Source: Trichinella spiralis
Lineage: Eukaryota
NCBI RefSeq assembly: GCF_000181795.1
Contig: NW_003526941.1
Span: forward strand, 124,001-188,000
DNA: 64,000 nucleotides
Reading direction: 5' to 3'
The position numbers and the translations under genes were made by a program. The notes under the pieces were generated by a model. That model did not search any database. It saw only the letters and a list, made by a program, of their open reading frames with translations, and was not told the origin of the DNA. Shown here piece by piece: positions 33,291 to 45,886 of this stretch (position 1 is its first letter; every line of letters starts with the position of its first letter).

Positions 33291-36200
33291 ATGCCACTAT
33301 GGTCGATGACGCAATTTTTCCCATTGATGATAATCTGCTCTTGTTATTATATTGCTCAAATAGCAGAGGCAAATTGGCTGTAAGTTCACATATTTTTTAA
33401 TTCAAAAAAGGAAAATTAAATTTAATTTAATTTACACTAACACTTTGAGAGAGGTTGCACTATTCGCCATTACAACACTACAACAAAGATATATTCTATT
33501 TTGTATATATATATATATATAGAAAAACGCATATACTTATTCAAACTTATGTGACGACAGTTATCTAAATAAAGTAGCAGAAGCTATAAATCCACACTTA
33601 TGAACGGAATGCAAAACGTATTTAGTAACTACAATTTTGTGCATGCTATATGTATCAAAAAATATTCTAATAATCTGCATCGCACAATACTATATGAATT
33701 ATTTTATGTACGACAGGTATTTGGCCATCCATCAACCGTTTGCGTTTACAGTGGATCCTCAATATTCATATTTGCGAGCAATGCTCACTCAAGAACAAGC
33801 ACATCGTATTTGTTCTAGTCTTCTTTATTTAAATGAACAACAACGTCGCGTCTGCGCTGCACATCCATACACAATGCATAGTGTAAGTGTAGGAATTCGG
33901 CTTGCAATTGCTGAATGTCAATGGCAATTTCGTCCAGAACGTTGGAACTGTACCCCAATACGTGGTGCTAATGAATCAGCTTTTGACATCTTTGGTACTA
34001 TGCTCAAGTCAGGTAATTTGAAAATTTGAAATGAATTTCTGAACTATTCACTATCAGTAATTTATTCACAATTTTATATGCTTGAATGTGCATTTTCAAG
34101 TCTGCGGTTTCCTAAATTTCTGGGGTTGTTCTGAATTCGATACAGGCTACACTGGCACTACACCCTTTCTTCTTCATAATAGTGTTATTGCAATTTTTAA
34201 AACAGTTATTTATATATATATATAAATTTACTTAATTCTTTTTCTATTATTAATAAAGCTATTTAAAAACAAAAGTAATTTTCAGTATTTAATGGCTCTC
34301 TATGTATACATATTTATTTATTTACGTATTAAAATAAAATTACCAAACTTGCATTTCAATAGTATTAAGTTTTTTTTATAATTAGTCAAGTGTTGTTGTT
34401 TCCGCATGCATTATTTCCATTACATTCTATAATATTTTGCTAATGTTAATGCTACTTTAATGCAAAATAATGACAATGACCTCACTAAAAATCAGGATCT
34501 AAAAAAATACATCACAATGTCAAACATTCAATGTAACGTCTGTAAAATGGGCAGTTTAAATTTTATGGTAAAATGTAATTTCAACTGATTTGAAATGTTG
34601 TTGAATAAAAATTACTCCAAGAGCTATTAAAATCTGTCAAGGCAATTCGGTACCATGCTTTTTTTAAGATGTAGAGCATATTTTTAATCAGTTAATATGA
34701 TACATGCTAGAGCATGATATTTTATAGGTAATTGTTCTTGCTCAACTCTCTGCTTTATGTGAAAAAAGGTGTTTAAAAATAAAAACAATATTTTTATACA
34801 GAAAAGCGTTTTATGCTATACAAATAAAATTGTTTACAGCTTATAATATTTTTCTATTTAGCAGCAAGTTTTCATTTCTTATTCTTGAACTCTCACCTAA
34901 AAACCAGTCGCTTAACATATTATATGCAGTCGAAATTTATGACCATGTTCTGTTTTCATTGCGTTGTAAAAGCGCTAATTTAAGAAAAGCAATGAAAATA
35001 ATTTCACTTTTAATGTTTAAAGAACCTGTCCTAAGCCGCTGCTTAGTCTTGAAAGATGTTTCAAAATGTAGGACAAATATTTGAATCGCTAGTCGCTTGC
35101 TATGGTAAATTATTTTGCTTAAAAAAAGAAGTCACTTAGCTAATTTGCTTGTTTCTCACATAAACAATAGTGATCATTATTTGTGTATGAAATGCAAAAT
35201 TATAAATAAACAAAATATATTGTGTGTTGTAAAAGAATTAATATTAAAGTCACTAATTTCAGTAAAAGTCACGTATTAATTATATTGTTTTCATACACAA
35301 TCATACTCAGTATATGGAAAAATATTGTTTCAGGCAACCGAGAATCTGCTTTCTTAGAAGCAATTACAACAGCTGGATTAGTGCATGCAATTGTGACCGC
35401 GTGTACAACTGGAAATTTAACCGACTGCAGTTGTGATATGAGCAAGAATGGCCTGGAAGGATTTCGAGTAAAAAGCCGACCCGATGATGCAAGTGAAAAT
35501 TGGCGTTGGGGTGGTTGTTCAGATAATATCCGATATGGAATTATTTTTGCTCGAGAATTTTTAGACAAACATGTTAGAAAACAATTTCAACAAAATAAAG
35601 ATTCTCGTGATTTGGTCATTTTACACAATCAAGAAGTCGGTAGAAAAGTACGTTTCACTGATGATTCACTGTCTGTCTGTTTCCCCCCCCCCCCCTCTCT
35701 CTCCCCCTCTCAGCTTCTCATATAATTTTTATCCATTTCCTCTTTGCTGAACTATAATTTTATTACTCTGTCAAAATTTTCGTTTTTTTGTTTCAATTTT
35801 ACCTTTCTTAGCAAATTTTAAATTATGCTTTAGGCAATTTCAGAAAATATGAAACGACACTGCCGATGCCATGGAATTAGTGGCTCATGTGAAATGAAAA
35901 CTTGTTGGCAACAAATGCCAAAAATGAAAGAAGTGAGTGAACAGCTGAAATTGTTTTACGACCGTTCTTCAATTCAAGTAACAAAGCGAGCAAAGCGCAA
36001 GCTGAGACGCAAAAACAAGTATGAAAGAAAAATCCCACTAAGAATAAGTGAATTGGTTTATCAAAATCGGTCTCCCAACTATTGCGTGCGTGATGATAAA
36101 ATGGGTTTGTTGGGAACATACGGCAGACAGTGCAATCGAACAACACTAAGTTCAGATAGCTGTGACTTATTATGCTGTGGACGAGGATATGATACTCGTT

Positions 36201-36301
36201 TAGTGACCAAATATGAACGCTGTCATTGCAAATTTGTATGGTGCTGCTATGTTACATGTAAAGCCTGTAACTGGAATGTTGAAATGCATACATGCAAGTG
36301 A
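33291..36301 (+). CDS. egl-20: Wnt ligand, most similar to Wnt16/EGL-20; four coding exons
   Basis: Signal peptide then ANWL|YL, ECQWQFRPERWNC, ACTTGNLTDCSCD, WRWGGCSD, CRCHGISGSC (lipidated Ser), CDLLCCGRGY and CHCKFVWCCYVTC. Subfamily call rests on the HPY..SV..G and ERWNC/GNLT.C motifs. Confidence 0.9.
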
Positions 36302-38495
36302 AAAATCATATTCACCGTGCATGCCTTTCAGATGCCATTTTGAAAACTATTTTTGTTTATCAATAATAAAAACTGTGTTAAATAATAACGCTACACATAT
36401 TATAAGAAAAACCTCTAAACTCAATTCAAATTAATAAATATTTTTTCATAATTATAATACAAATGCAGACTTTTCAACAACATCAATAATATATATATAT
36501 ATACTTCGTACTTCTACTACTCATTTTCACATTTGCGCACGCATCTATTCACTGAAAAATATTCTGTGCATTTTATCAATTGAATATGCTTCTCACATAC
36601 TGCTGCTTTATATTTTTAACTGGCATTTCAAAAATAATAATTGCTATTCACGCGCTATTTTCTGATCAACGTCATCAATGTAAACACGTCAACTTTTCAT
36701 ATTATTTAAATAAATTGTTCTGAGACAAATCGCAAATTAAGACGTAAATTTGATCAATTTCCAATTCACTGTTGAGCTTAAATGAAATCTCTAGTACACT
36801 TTGTCAAAAGAACATACATGCATGTATTTTAGTTAATTTTCCACTGCCTGATATTACATTTTTTATCAAACAAAATGACAATATTCCTTCATCAATTTTT
36901 AAATGAAATTCACAATGTAATTTGTTTTCACTACAAAAGTATTTTCTAACTTGTCAACAAAGAATTCATTTCTCAATTAAACATTTCACTTTCAATAAAT
37001 AAACTTCCTCGCATTGAAATAAAGCAGTAGAATTTTTCACTTACGTATTTGTTCTTCTTTAAACATTTTCACAAATTTCAATGATAATTGCTATATCTTC
37101 TTGTTAATAAAGAATTCCTAGAAATGTTAAATTATAAAAAATTTAAAATTACACATAACGTTCTCAAAAATGCAACTATTTTGAAAAAAGACTACTAATT
37201 AAAATTTACAATTGTTAATGGATGCAAGTGAATTGCCTATGTGCAACCAAATATGTTAATTTAACAATTCAAACATAAAGAAAGAATATGTGCAGACTTT
37301 TTTACATAATAAAAATAAATTACATGAAAACATTTTGCAACTGCAAGTGCAATTACTTTAAAGCAGTTAAATTTTTTCATAATTCTTCTTTTTTAAAGTT
37401 ATCGAGAAAAAACATGAACAAACTTCAATAGATTTGGTAATACGAGCAAAAAACAAAGATAGAATTTTGCAATTTTGGAAAGACAATTGAGTTTAAGATA
37501 TGTTTATCAAAATTAATTTTTATTAAATGTCTAGTTATACTTTTATTATATTTATATATTTATTGTTATTAAAAAATCTATCGGTAGTAATACAAAAACA
37601 ATAGTGATGCATTACAGAAAACAAATCAACTGAATTACTTTAAAATAATAAATGTTCTTCGGTTCCACATTGTCATTTTCTAAAGCACAAGCCCAGAAAC
37701 GCACACCACACACTCAAACACACACACAAACACTGGAATGGCTCCACACATTACTGATAAGAAAACAGTCAACGATCCATGTCTATTTGTTTATGATAGC
37801 AATATGCAAATTTTTTTATGTAATGCAAACAGGACTAAAATAATATGAAATTGCTTGTACATTATTCAAATAATCAAGAAATAGCACTACTTACAGAATT
37901 TACGTTAAATAAACGAATATTATAAATAAATAAGTTATGAATAAGCCATTACATTAAAACATGCCATTTAAAAAGCCTGTCATTTGACACATCATTATGT
38001 GACTAAACAGCATATATTCTTGCGCAGTGCTAATAGCGTTTCCCCAATATTCAACTGAAACACGTCTCAGAGGGTCATTCACGTTCCACGGTTAGAGAAT
38101 ATGAAAACTGAAAAAACTTGTTAATATTTGTTGATGGTCAATGAATAATAACATGACCATTCATATGATGACATATCAAGGCACACACACCAGGACATAT
38201 ACACAAACAATGTGCATGGTTATGTGTATTTGAATCGGTAGAAATTCTGCTTTCTACAGTTTTATCAACCACTCTGCTAAGTTCATCCCAATTGTTGACT
38301 ATCCAATAATAAACATTATTCAACGATTGACATGATTTAACGAATAACATCAGATATAAATTATTTATAAAATAATTTAAAAATATATCCCATTTATTAC
38401 AGTATTAAAATAATACCTGCATTTCTGAAATACAGTAAGAAAATACATTGCACGAAGTAAGACAGACGTGTCTCATTTGACATTCTCCGTCATCC

Positions 38496-39135
38496 ATGGT
38501 TTACATAACCAGAGGTATGATTTATTTCAACGGTTATTAGGTTTTTTCTATCAGAAATATAGTCTTATTAACTTTTTGAAAGTTTGACGTAGTTATACAT
38601 GTGTATTTATCATATCCGCTTGTGTTTTACAGACGGCGAGATTCGACAATCGAAAGGCTTGGTACTATGGCTTCGAGATTCCATCCGTGCAATTTTTATG
38701 GCAATTTACTTTTTGTAAGATTGTTATTTGAGAGTAATTTCTTATCAATTAATAATATGATATTTTTAGTTTCTTGACGCTTGTTAACGTAAGAAGAGCA
38801 GCAAACTTTCGTAATTTCAAATTATTTTATACCTTCATAACTTATCTTTTCAGCCGGACGTTAGTAAAGACAGAAAAACATCGTCTGGCAATCGTCATTC
38901 TGGATGGGACGGCAAGCCTCACGGACCTGGTGGACCACCTAGGTGAGCTGACGTTTGTTCGTTTCATGCTTTTCTAGGAGAGACTTTGAAATCAAATCGA
39001 ATTATATTATCAAATCTTATAAAATGGAACACCGTAAATAATATACCTATTGTACGTTCTAGGCGTCGCTTCGGCGGCCTACAACGTAACGATGCTCCAG
39101 CTTGTCCTCCTCTTGGTGGAGGTTCCTGAGGTTAA
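38496..39135 (+). CDS. SELENOK: Selenoprotein K (93 aa, Sec at residue 92); exons 38496-38514, 38633-38714, 38770-38788, 38854-38942, 39063-39135
   Basis: All four introns are GT-AG and in frame, giving MVYITRDGEIRQSKGLVLWLRDSIRAIFMAIYFFFLTLVNPDVSKDRKTSSGNRHSGWDGKPHGPGGPPRRRFGGLQRNDAPACPPLGGGS-U-G*. The MVYI start, single TM segment, G/P/R-rich tail and near-terminal Sec are SelK hallmarks. TGA at 39127-39129, TAA at 39133-39135. Confidence 0.93.
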
Positions 39136-39196
39136 TGGACGTCGGAATATTGGATGTCTTGAACCAAAAATTCCGACAATGTTAATATGAAATTGC

Positions 39197-39265
39197 TGTA
39201 GTGCCGTGTATGACGCGGGCACCAGAAAGCTGAAAATGTTGGGTGTTTGCTGATGAAGGCCTACA
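39197..39265 (+). promoter_or_regulatory. SECIS element in the SelK 3' UTR
   Basis: ATGAC (39210-14) / TGAT (39251-54) core; helix GCGGGCACC (39215-23) pairs with GGTGTTTGC (39242-50); unpaired AAA at 39226-28; basal helix TGTAG.GCC / GGC-CTACA. Confidence 0.9.
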
Positions 39266-39654
39266 AAAATATTTCGTAATATTCTTCTTTTCTTCTTGAT
39301 ATATTTCCTAACACTGTTGATGCGCTGTTGAATTTATTGCTGATAGCCAATTTTCTGTACACCGAAGCAGCATAATAAATACGTTGAATTTCTTTACAAA
39401 AAATCAGACACATAAAAACAACTTAATTTTTAGAAATATAAATAAATAAATAAATACAATGCATTGTTTTTATTCATGCATGGCGCCTTGAAAAGAAAAC
39501 AATCAATTAATAGCCGAGTAATATCTACCAAGATTATTATAGAGATTTTTTGAAAGTTAATCGAAAAAGCATCCTTTGTAACCAGAGAAAAGTTAAGCTG
39601 CTCATAATGTTAGTATAAAGTATTCGGCGGAAATACTATTAATCAGTTTTATCA

Positions 39655-41248
39655 TTAACGGGGTAGTACATCAGCCGCAGCAGGGTAACCGCCGGCTGTT
39701 TGACCGGAAGCTACATTTGGTGTTTGACGAGATTTAAACCATTCCGTTTCTTTCCAAATGAACCATAAGTTTGAGGCGAACAAGAAAAAGCAAGCAAATC
39801 CAGCTATCTGAAAATGAAAACAAAGCGTGTACATAATCAATCAAACTTACCAACAAAAACATTGCTACTGTAATGTTTTTTGCATGACAATATCATTCTG
39901 TATCTGAAGGAAACAGATATAAGTTACATCGTTGTACATTGTAGAAAATTAATTGAAAAAAATTTTTCATTGCTCATAACTAGAATTAATAATCATATCT
40001 ATTATCAACATAACTTACCAAGGAAACGTTCAGAGCAGCGTAATTCCAATGTGGTGTAAAATGACAACTTTCTTTATCTTTACAAGGGTTCACGCTGTTC
40101 ACAAACATATTTTTGATCAAACTGAAATCGGTTAAGCCTTTGATCACATTCACACCAGATGCCCATGCACAGCTAGCAATAAACCAGAAAACAGCAAGAA
40201 CGGCAGTAACCACAAAATCCTAAATTCCATGTATATTTAAATTTATTCAACTGTCGTACTTGAACAACAGCTAGGTGAACTTGCCAACAGTGGCCACCGA
40301 TGGTCACTTTCGTATTTTTCCAGTTGAAATAAGTAAACGTACAATACTCCTATGATATAAAGAAACGAAAGCACACCAGTGCAAACAAAAAACTGAGATT
40401 GACTGACAGCCCCTTCGCCAAAAATAGATATTGATCCTCCTTCTTGCTTGCACAAATCGTTCGATACAGCTGTGTTAGTTAAGCTAAAATTTAAAACGTT
40501 TTCCAAAAATTTTTCAAGATAATTATTTTATTTTATAAAACCTACTCAAATGGATAAAACCAACTAAAAGAAAAATCATTGTCAATGCCGGTACACTTAT
40601 ATTTCACATCTAAAGTAGCAGAATAACCAGCCGTTGTAGCAAACGCCAAAAGTACCATGGGCTAAAATGCGTTTTTGAATTTTAAGCATCAAAATAGGAA
40701 ATGTAGAAAGAAAATAAAACAGTTACAAATTCCAAAATCCGAATGAAACCAAGCGGCTCTTTCAAAATTCGTGTACTCATTTGCATCTTTGAAAAATAAA
40801 TTCAGTTTAAGCAACAATGTAAAAAGAAAAACATACTACATACATCGTCATATATTATCAATCGAGTAATTACATTAGGTCTGTTTAAACGAAAAAAAAA
40901 TTCTTATAAAGATGTCAACTTAATAAAGAATCACAACAACACATTCTGGATATTTTCAAAAAATGCATACGTTTTATTATTACTATTTATTACAATAAAT
41001 CAGCAAACATTTACATTTCACAATACTACAATCAATGTATACTAATATTACAAAAATTTTACCATCCATTTTGAACAGTAAATCATGCAAATCAACTTTC
41101 CGCTATAAAACAAATCAATAAATAAAATTTATTCATTATCAAATTTACATATTACTTCACATTCTTCAATCAAACATTAAATAACTTGAAAATATGCCCA
41201 TTTTCCCAATTAAAAGAAGGAATAAAGCGTGAAACTTACTTCAGCCAT
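39655..41248 (-). CDS. sph-1: Synaptophysin-family MARVEL protein, multi-exon
   Basis: KEPLGFIRILEF, AFATTAGY, SQFFVCTGVLSFLY, PLLDFVVTAV..WFIASCAWA and NLWFIWKET. Likely first coding exon ATG GCT GAA|GTAAGT at 41240-41248. Confidence 0.9.
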
Positions 41249-41635
41249 TTATTTTTCTATCCTCTCGTCAAGCAATGCTAGAAAATAATAATGAAAAGAA
41301 AATTCGACACCAAATCAAAGTTTTCAAAAACTCAACATAGGCGAAGTATCCTTTTCAAGAGCAAATTATAACATAATTGATTGAGATTTCAAATTGCGCT
41401 TTATTCATTTCATAAAAATTTTCACCAATGCAAAAGATTTTTTCTTCCATTGGGAAAAGTGCAAATGAGAGAAATGTGCACTTTTTCGCTTTGCATTTGA
41501 GAAAAAAAAGTAAATGCCATCAAAGTTAATAGCAAAAATAAAAAGTAATCTTATCTCAAAAGTGACCGCAAATACGCTGAATAATAAATTCACTAGTTGC
41601 CACACTGGAATCGTACTTTCAGAGATTTTCATTTA

Positions 41636-42728
41636 CTACTGAGTTTTTCCAATAAGAACGGTATTTTCATCCTTGAACACGTAATGCGGAACCTCTAAAT
41701 TACGCGGGGCTGGACCACGCCTTATTCGCCCCGAAGCATCGTAATGCGAACCATGACAAGGACAAAAATATCCTTTGTAGTCGCCAGCATAGGCTAAAAT
41801 AATTTCATACACATGCAGTAAGATGTTACACGTTTCGATTTTAAAGAACATCATCAATTTACGTATAGGAACGCAACCCAAGTGCGTGCAAGGAGCCAAA
41901 ACAATCAACCATTCCGGCTTTTGCACTCGTTGATGATCATGCTCCGGATCTCTCAGTTTGGAAATATCCACCTGTGATTCAACATTTATTTCTTTTGCCG
42001 TACGATGACGCACGAAAACAGGTTTGCCACGCCATAAAAATGTACTATTTTTACCTTAACATTTAATTGTCAATGAATAAAGAGTATGGAGAAAAAAAAA
42101 TATTAAACATGTGCATTTACCTTCTGGAACAAGATTTAAATTTATTTCTGCTACTGCTCCTGCTTCTTCAGAAAATGGCGGACCTTTGTAACTAATAACT
42201 TGCAATGCCACGGTTTTTGTACAATACAAAGTTGCAGCAGTACCAACTAAAATAACATATTGAATGATATTGAAATCATATTGAAGAAAATGTTGAAAAA
42301 TAGAAAATAAAATAAAACACACTCACCTCCAAGAGACAGATAAGAAAACATTTTGCGCGGAACATCAGTGTCTTCATTTCTTAACTTGATATCTTTTGTA
42401 CTGTCTCGACGATACTCGTCGAAGTCCGGAAACGTGACATCAGTATGCGCGTAACGCTGGGATGAACCAGCTAAAATGTATCAATCATTTTGCGGCATTT
42501 TTATTAGCATGTCAAAAAAAATATTACTAAAAAGTCCCTTGACAAAAACTGACTGATATGCCGTGAATTTTGACATCACATTTCGATTGTTAAATCGGGC
42601 AGGGGAAAAATTCAAACCATACACGCAGCCTGATTTCCTCAATTCAACATGTCGTGCATTTCCAGTTATACCGTACAACTGAAATATGCAAAAAAGCACA
42701 AGTTTCAGCAAAACTTTTACACCATCAT
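41636..42728 (-). CDS. isp-1: Rieske iron-sulfur subunit of cytochrome bc1 complex
   Basis: [37 protein letters not shown] and [20 protein letters not shown]. Exact start codon uncertain. Confidence 0.96.
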
Positions 42729-43769
42729 GAAAGTAGTTGTTTTACACCCGTGCTACAGTGTTGAACGTTTTATTTTAAAATATTAGAATATTCTGTGCAC
42801 ATGTTCAAAAAACAGCAAAGAGCAAACACTTACAAGCTTCTTTGAAATGTTCATACGACTAAAATCTACTACTTTCATTGCCACCTGCATGAATGACAAC
42901 AACAATGGCTTAACACCTATACATTACCGTATATTATACAAAATGATAAGCAAGTACAATTTGTTTTATGAAAACTATCAACTACATATATTATTAGATA
43001 TAATGATAAATTTACCGCCAAAATTAAGAAAAACAAGCTTAAATAATATTATCAAAAAGATTTTTAAACAAATCCTTACTTTAGCATTTATTTTATTTAG
43101 CAAATGACAACTAACTCTTTAAGTTTATATTTATTTACATCACTAAAATTTATTTGTTTAACTAGCATTATCGGAGGTTTCTATTAATCTGCTTCAGCGT
43201 TAATCGGCTGTTCACTCCCTCCCTGCATTATGTTGAAATTAAATTTTGAGTAGTAATGTATGATAATAATGATAAAACAGGAAATATTTTACCATTTTCA
43301 TCATATACAGCAACCAACCAAAGCAATTGTTTACGATTGTAATCACATATTATATGTAAATACAGTTCATCATCATTCTTCGACTTGTCATAATTGTATC
43401 ATTCATTATTCACGAACGTTTCTTTTTTTCAAAGAAAAGATTTTCTTCATGAAATAATGTGATACAAAGTACAATTGCCAAATAAACATGAAATGTATTC
43501 ACATATTTTGAAGATAAAAAAATTACACTCTTCTGTAACCATATATACATATATATACGTCAGCGTCAACAGACTAACTGACAGTAAGGAAGGCAATTTA
43601 GCGAGTATAGAAATTAAAAAAAGCACAATCATAAAATGTAGTCAAGTTTATTTGTACAATTTTAAATTACAGATTCATAAAAACAACAATAATAACAACA
43701 ACAATGAACCTCTAAAATAATGCACTTCACAAAGTGGTGAAGCTTGTAACAAAACGCTTTCAAAAAATA

Positions 43770-45179
43770 TCACTTGTTCAACGAACAAACATTCGTCGTA
43801 TTTGCATTACTTTCTGTATGAAGAAAGAATTCAGGCTGGATACGAAAAATCCAACGACTTTTCACGGTTCCCAACCAATCCATTGTACCGCCATTCGGTT
43901 CATTGTCGTTCAAATGCAAACAAACCAACTTCTAAATGCAAAACAATGGAATATGAGAACAAATAAATAAATTTATTACAAAGCAACAACTACAGCAAGA
44001 ACAATTAAAATCACTACGCAAATATTTAAATTGAAAGTGTACATAGTAGTTGAATTATAAAATTAACATAAAATGCGCAAAATAAAGAATAGCTAGCTCA
44101 CTTCAACGAAATTGTCCGAATTGATCTGCACAGGCATTAGCAATGGCAAACTATGAGCAGAGTTCAATTTCAATGTTACTTTACCAGACTTGTGCAATTG
44201 CAATTTTCCCAAATGGCCTTCAGGGAATTTCTCCAATACATGCGTTTCTCTACCTATATAAAATTATGAGAAATTTTCAAGAAGAAAACTATTCACGGAT
44301 AATTTTACCTTTTTCCAAATCATTCTCCACTGAATTTGCGTTGCCTTCTTTTAGTGGCACGCAATCAAGCATTCTTTGTGCGACGTTCGCAATTGCGCAT
44401 GGAAGTTGCACAAATACAGGTGAACCTCAAAAAAAAGAAAATAGAAAAAAGCAATATTAATTTTTATAAATAATATTACAATTTTGATCAGCAAAGAAAA
44501 CATTTCTGATTGCTTGTTTCTTTTGTTGTTCTTCGGAAATGCCATTTTCACTGAGAAGAGTTACAAAGTTCGTTGGCAATTTTTCTGACTGCAAAATGGA
44601 AAAAATAAGAAATTGTTTCACAATTTTGAAATAAATATCAGCGATTACGTTTTCTTTGTAAAAAAGTTTTTCCAACGCTTCTTCATCCGTTTCATCAGGA
44701 ATTTCCTTTTTAAATGACTCTTCCACAACAACTTCTCCATAATGATCAACATCTGATGCGGATTTGATTTCCAATTCATTGGTGAAACCTTCTGAAAAAA
44801 TGCCTTCCGATGTCATCAGTCGACTTTTCATATTCCCTCGAAATCGGTTTCCCCCTCTAGCTGATCCACGTGGATTATCCGGCAATGCTGCTTTCGGGGA
44901 GGCATTATTATTATTATTAGCTCTGGTAAGAGTTTTCGTCCTTGATGCTGCTGCTGCTGCTGAAGAAGAAGAACCCAAACTCTGTGCAACATTCGGTGTC
45001 TGGCGTTGACCTGCCTTGGCCAAATTTGGAAGAGGCCTCGCCCTTGTGGGCATCGAATTTGGCAAACGAGGTGTCACGCCACGCGATGAACCAGGCAACG
45101 GAAGTCGTGGAGGTCTGGAAAAAAGGCATATTAAAACCATCATTCATTCGTCAGTCTTTCAAACTCACCTTGATGCCAT
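43770..45179 (-). CDS. POLR3D: RNA polymerase III subunit RPC4 (POLR3D)-like, multi-exon
   Basis: SEGIFSEG, VFVQLP, PEGHLGKLQLHKSGKVTLKL and KLVCL...MDWLGTVK match the RPC4 C-terminal domain pattern. MASR first exon with AG|GTGAGT donor. Confidence 0.82.
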
Positions 45180-45886
45180 TGGAATTGCCTTGCCTGTATA
45201 AAAAAAGAAAAAAAGACAATAACATCAGACAACAAATTTGAATAGGTTCTTTTCAAGTATACGACTTTAACAATTACTTGCTTTCTGTAGACAAGATGAA
45301 CAAAATTTTTTTAATTCAAATATTTTAATAGAAAAAACGGTCTCTCTCTCTCTCTCTCTGTTTCTGCTTATTTTGCTCTCAATTTTCTCTTTATCTGATA
45401 AACAGAGGAGAAAAAGAATTGTAAAAAAGTGCAAAAAAGAGGAATTTGTGAACTTTCATTCGTAAACCAGTGAGTTAGTTGGCTAATGATGGTCGATATA
45501 TTCGAAGAAAAATGAGTCCCTTTTTCTTCTTTTCGCGACAATTGAATCGGCAAAATTTGAGCAAAACTGTATTCCATTTTCCACAACTAATTCCATGCCA
45601 GCCAAATTGTCACTGTGAACAACAACATGATGCAAGCATCAACTAGAAAGCTGACGTTTCGACGTAGTCGCAATAGAGCAATACCGACTTTCACAACAAG
45701 TCATAACCGCTGTTCGATTCCCTGTTGGAATTTGTAAAACAGAACAAGCAAGCAAACAAACAAACAAAACAAAAAACCAATACGAAGCTATAAATAAAGA
45801 AAAAAAAGAATACTTTCACGGCCAATGTTATTGCAAAAAAGAAGAAGAAGAAGAATGGGTGAGTGGAGAAAGCAAAATCTGTCAGT

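Noticed and set aside
38018..38050. TTGCGCAGTG.CTAAT resembling U4 or antisense-U6 segments
   Set aside because: Only short discontinuous matches, with no 5' stem-loop, Sm site or C/D boxes.
38138..38350. 70-aa minus-strand ORF
   Set aside because: No recognisable homology and no consistent splice partners.
41346..41355. GTATCCTTT, a U12-type 5' splice-site motif
   Set aside because: It is on the + strand between two minus-strand genes with no exon to serve.
41794..41862. Stop-free 3n introns read through by the ORF track (also 16361-16423 and 19410-19472)
   Set aside because: Canonical GT-AG introns whose removal restores conserved motifs; no evidence for functional retention.
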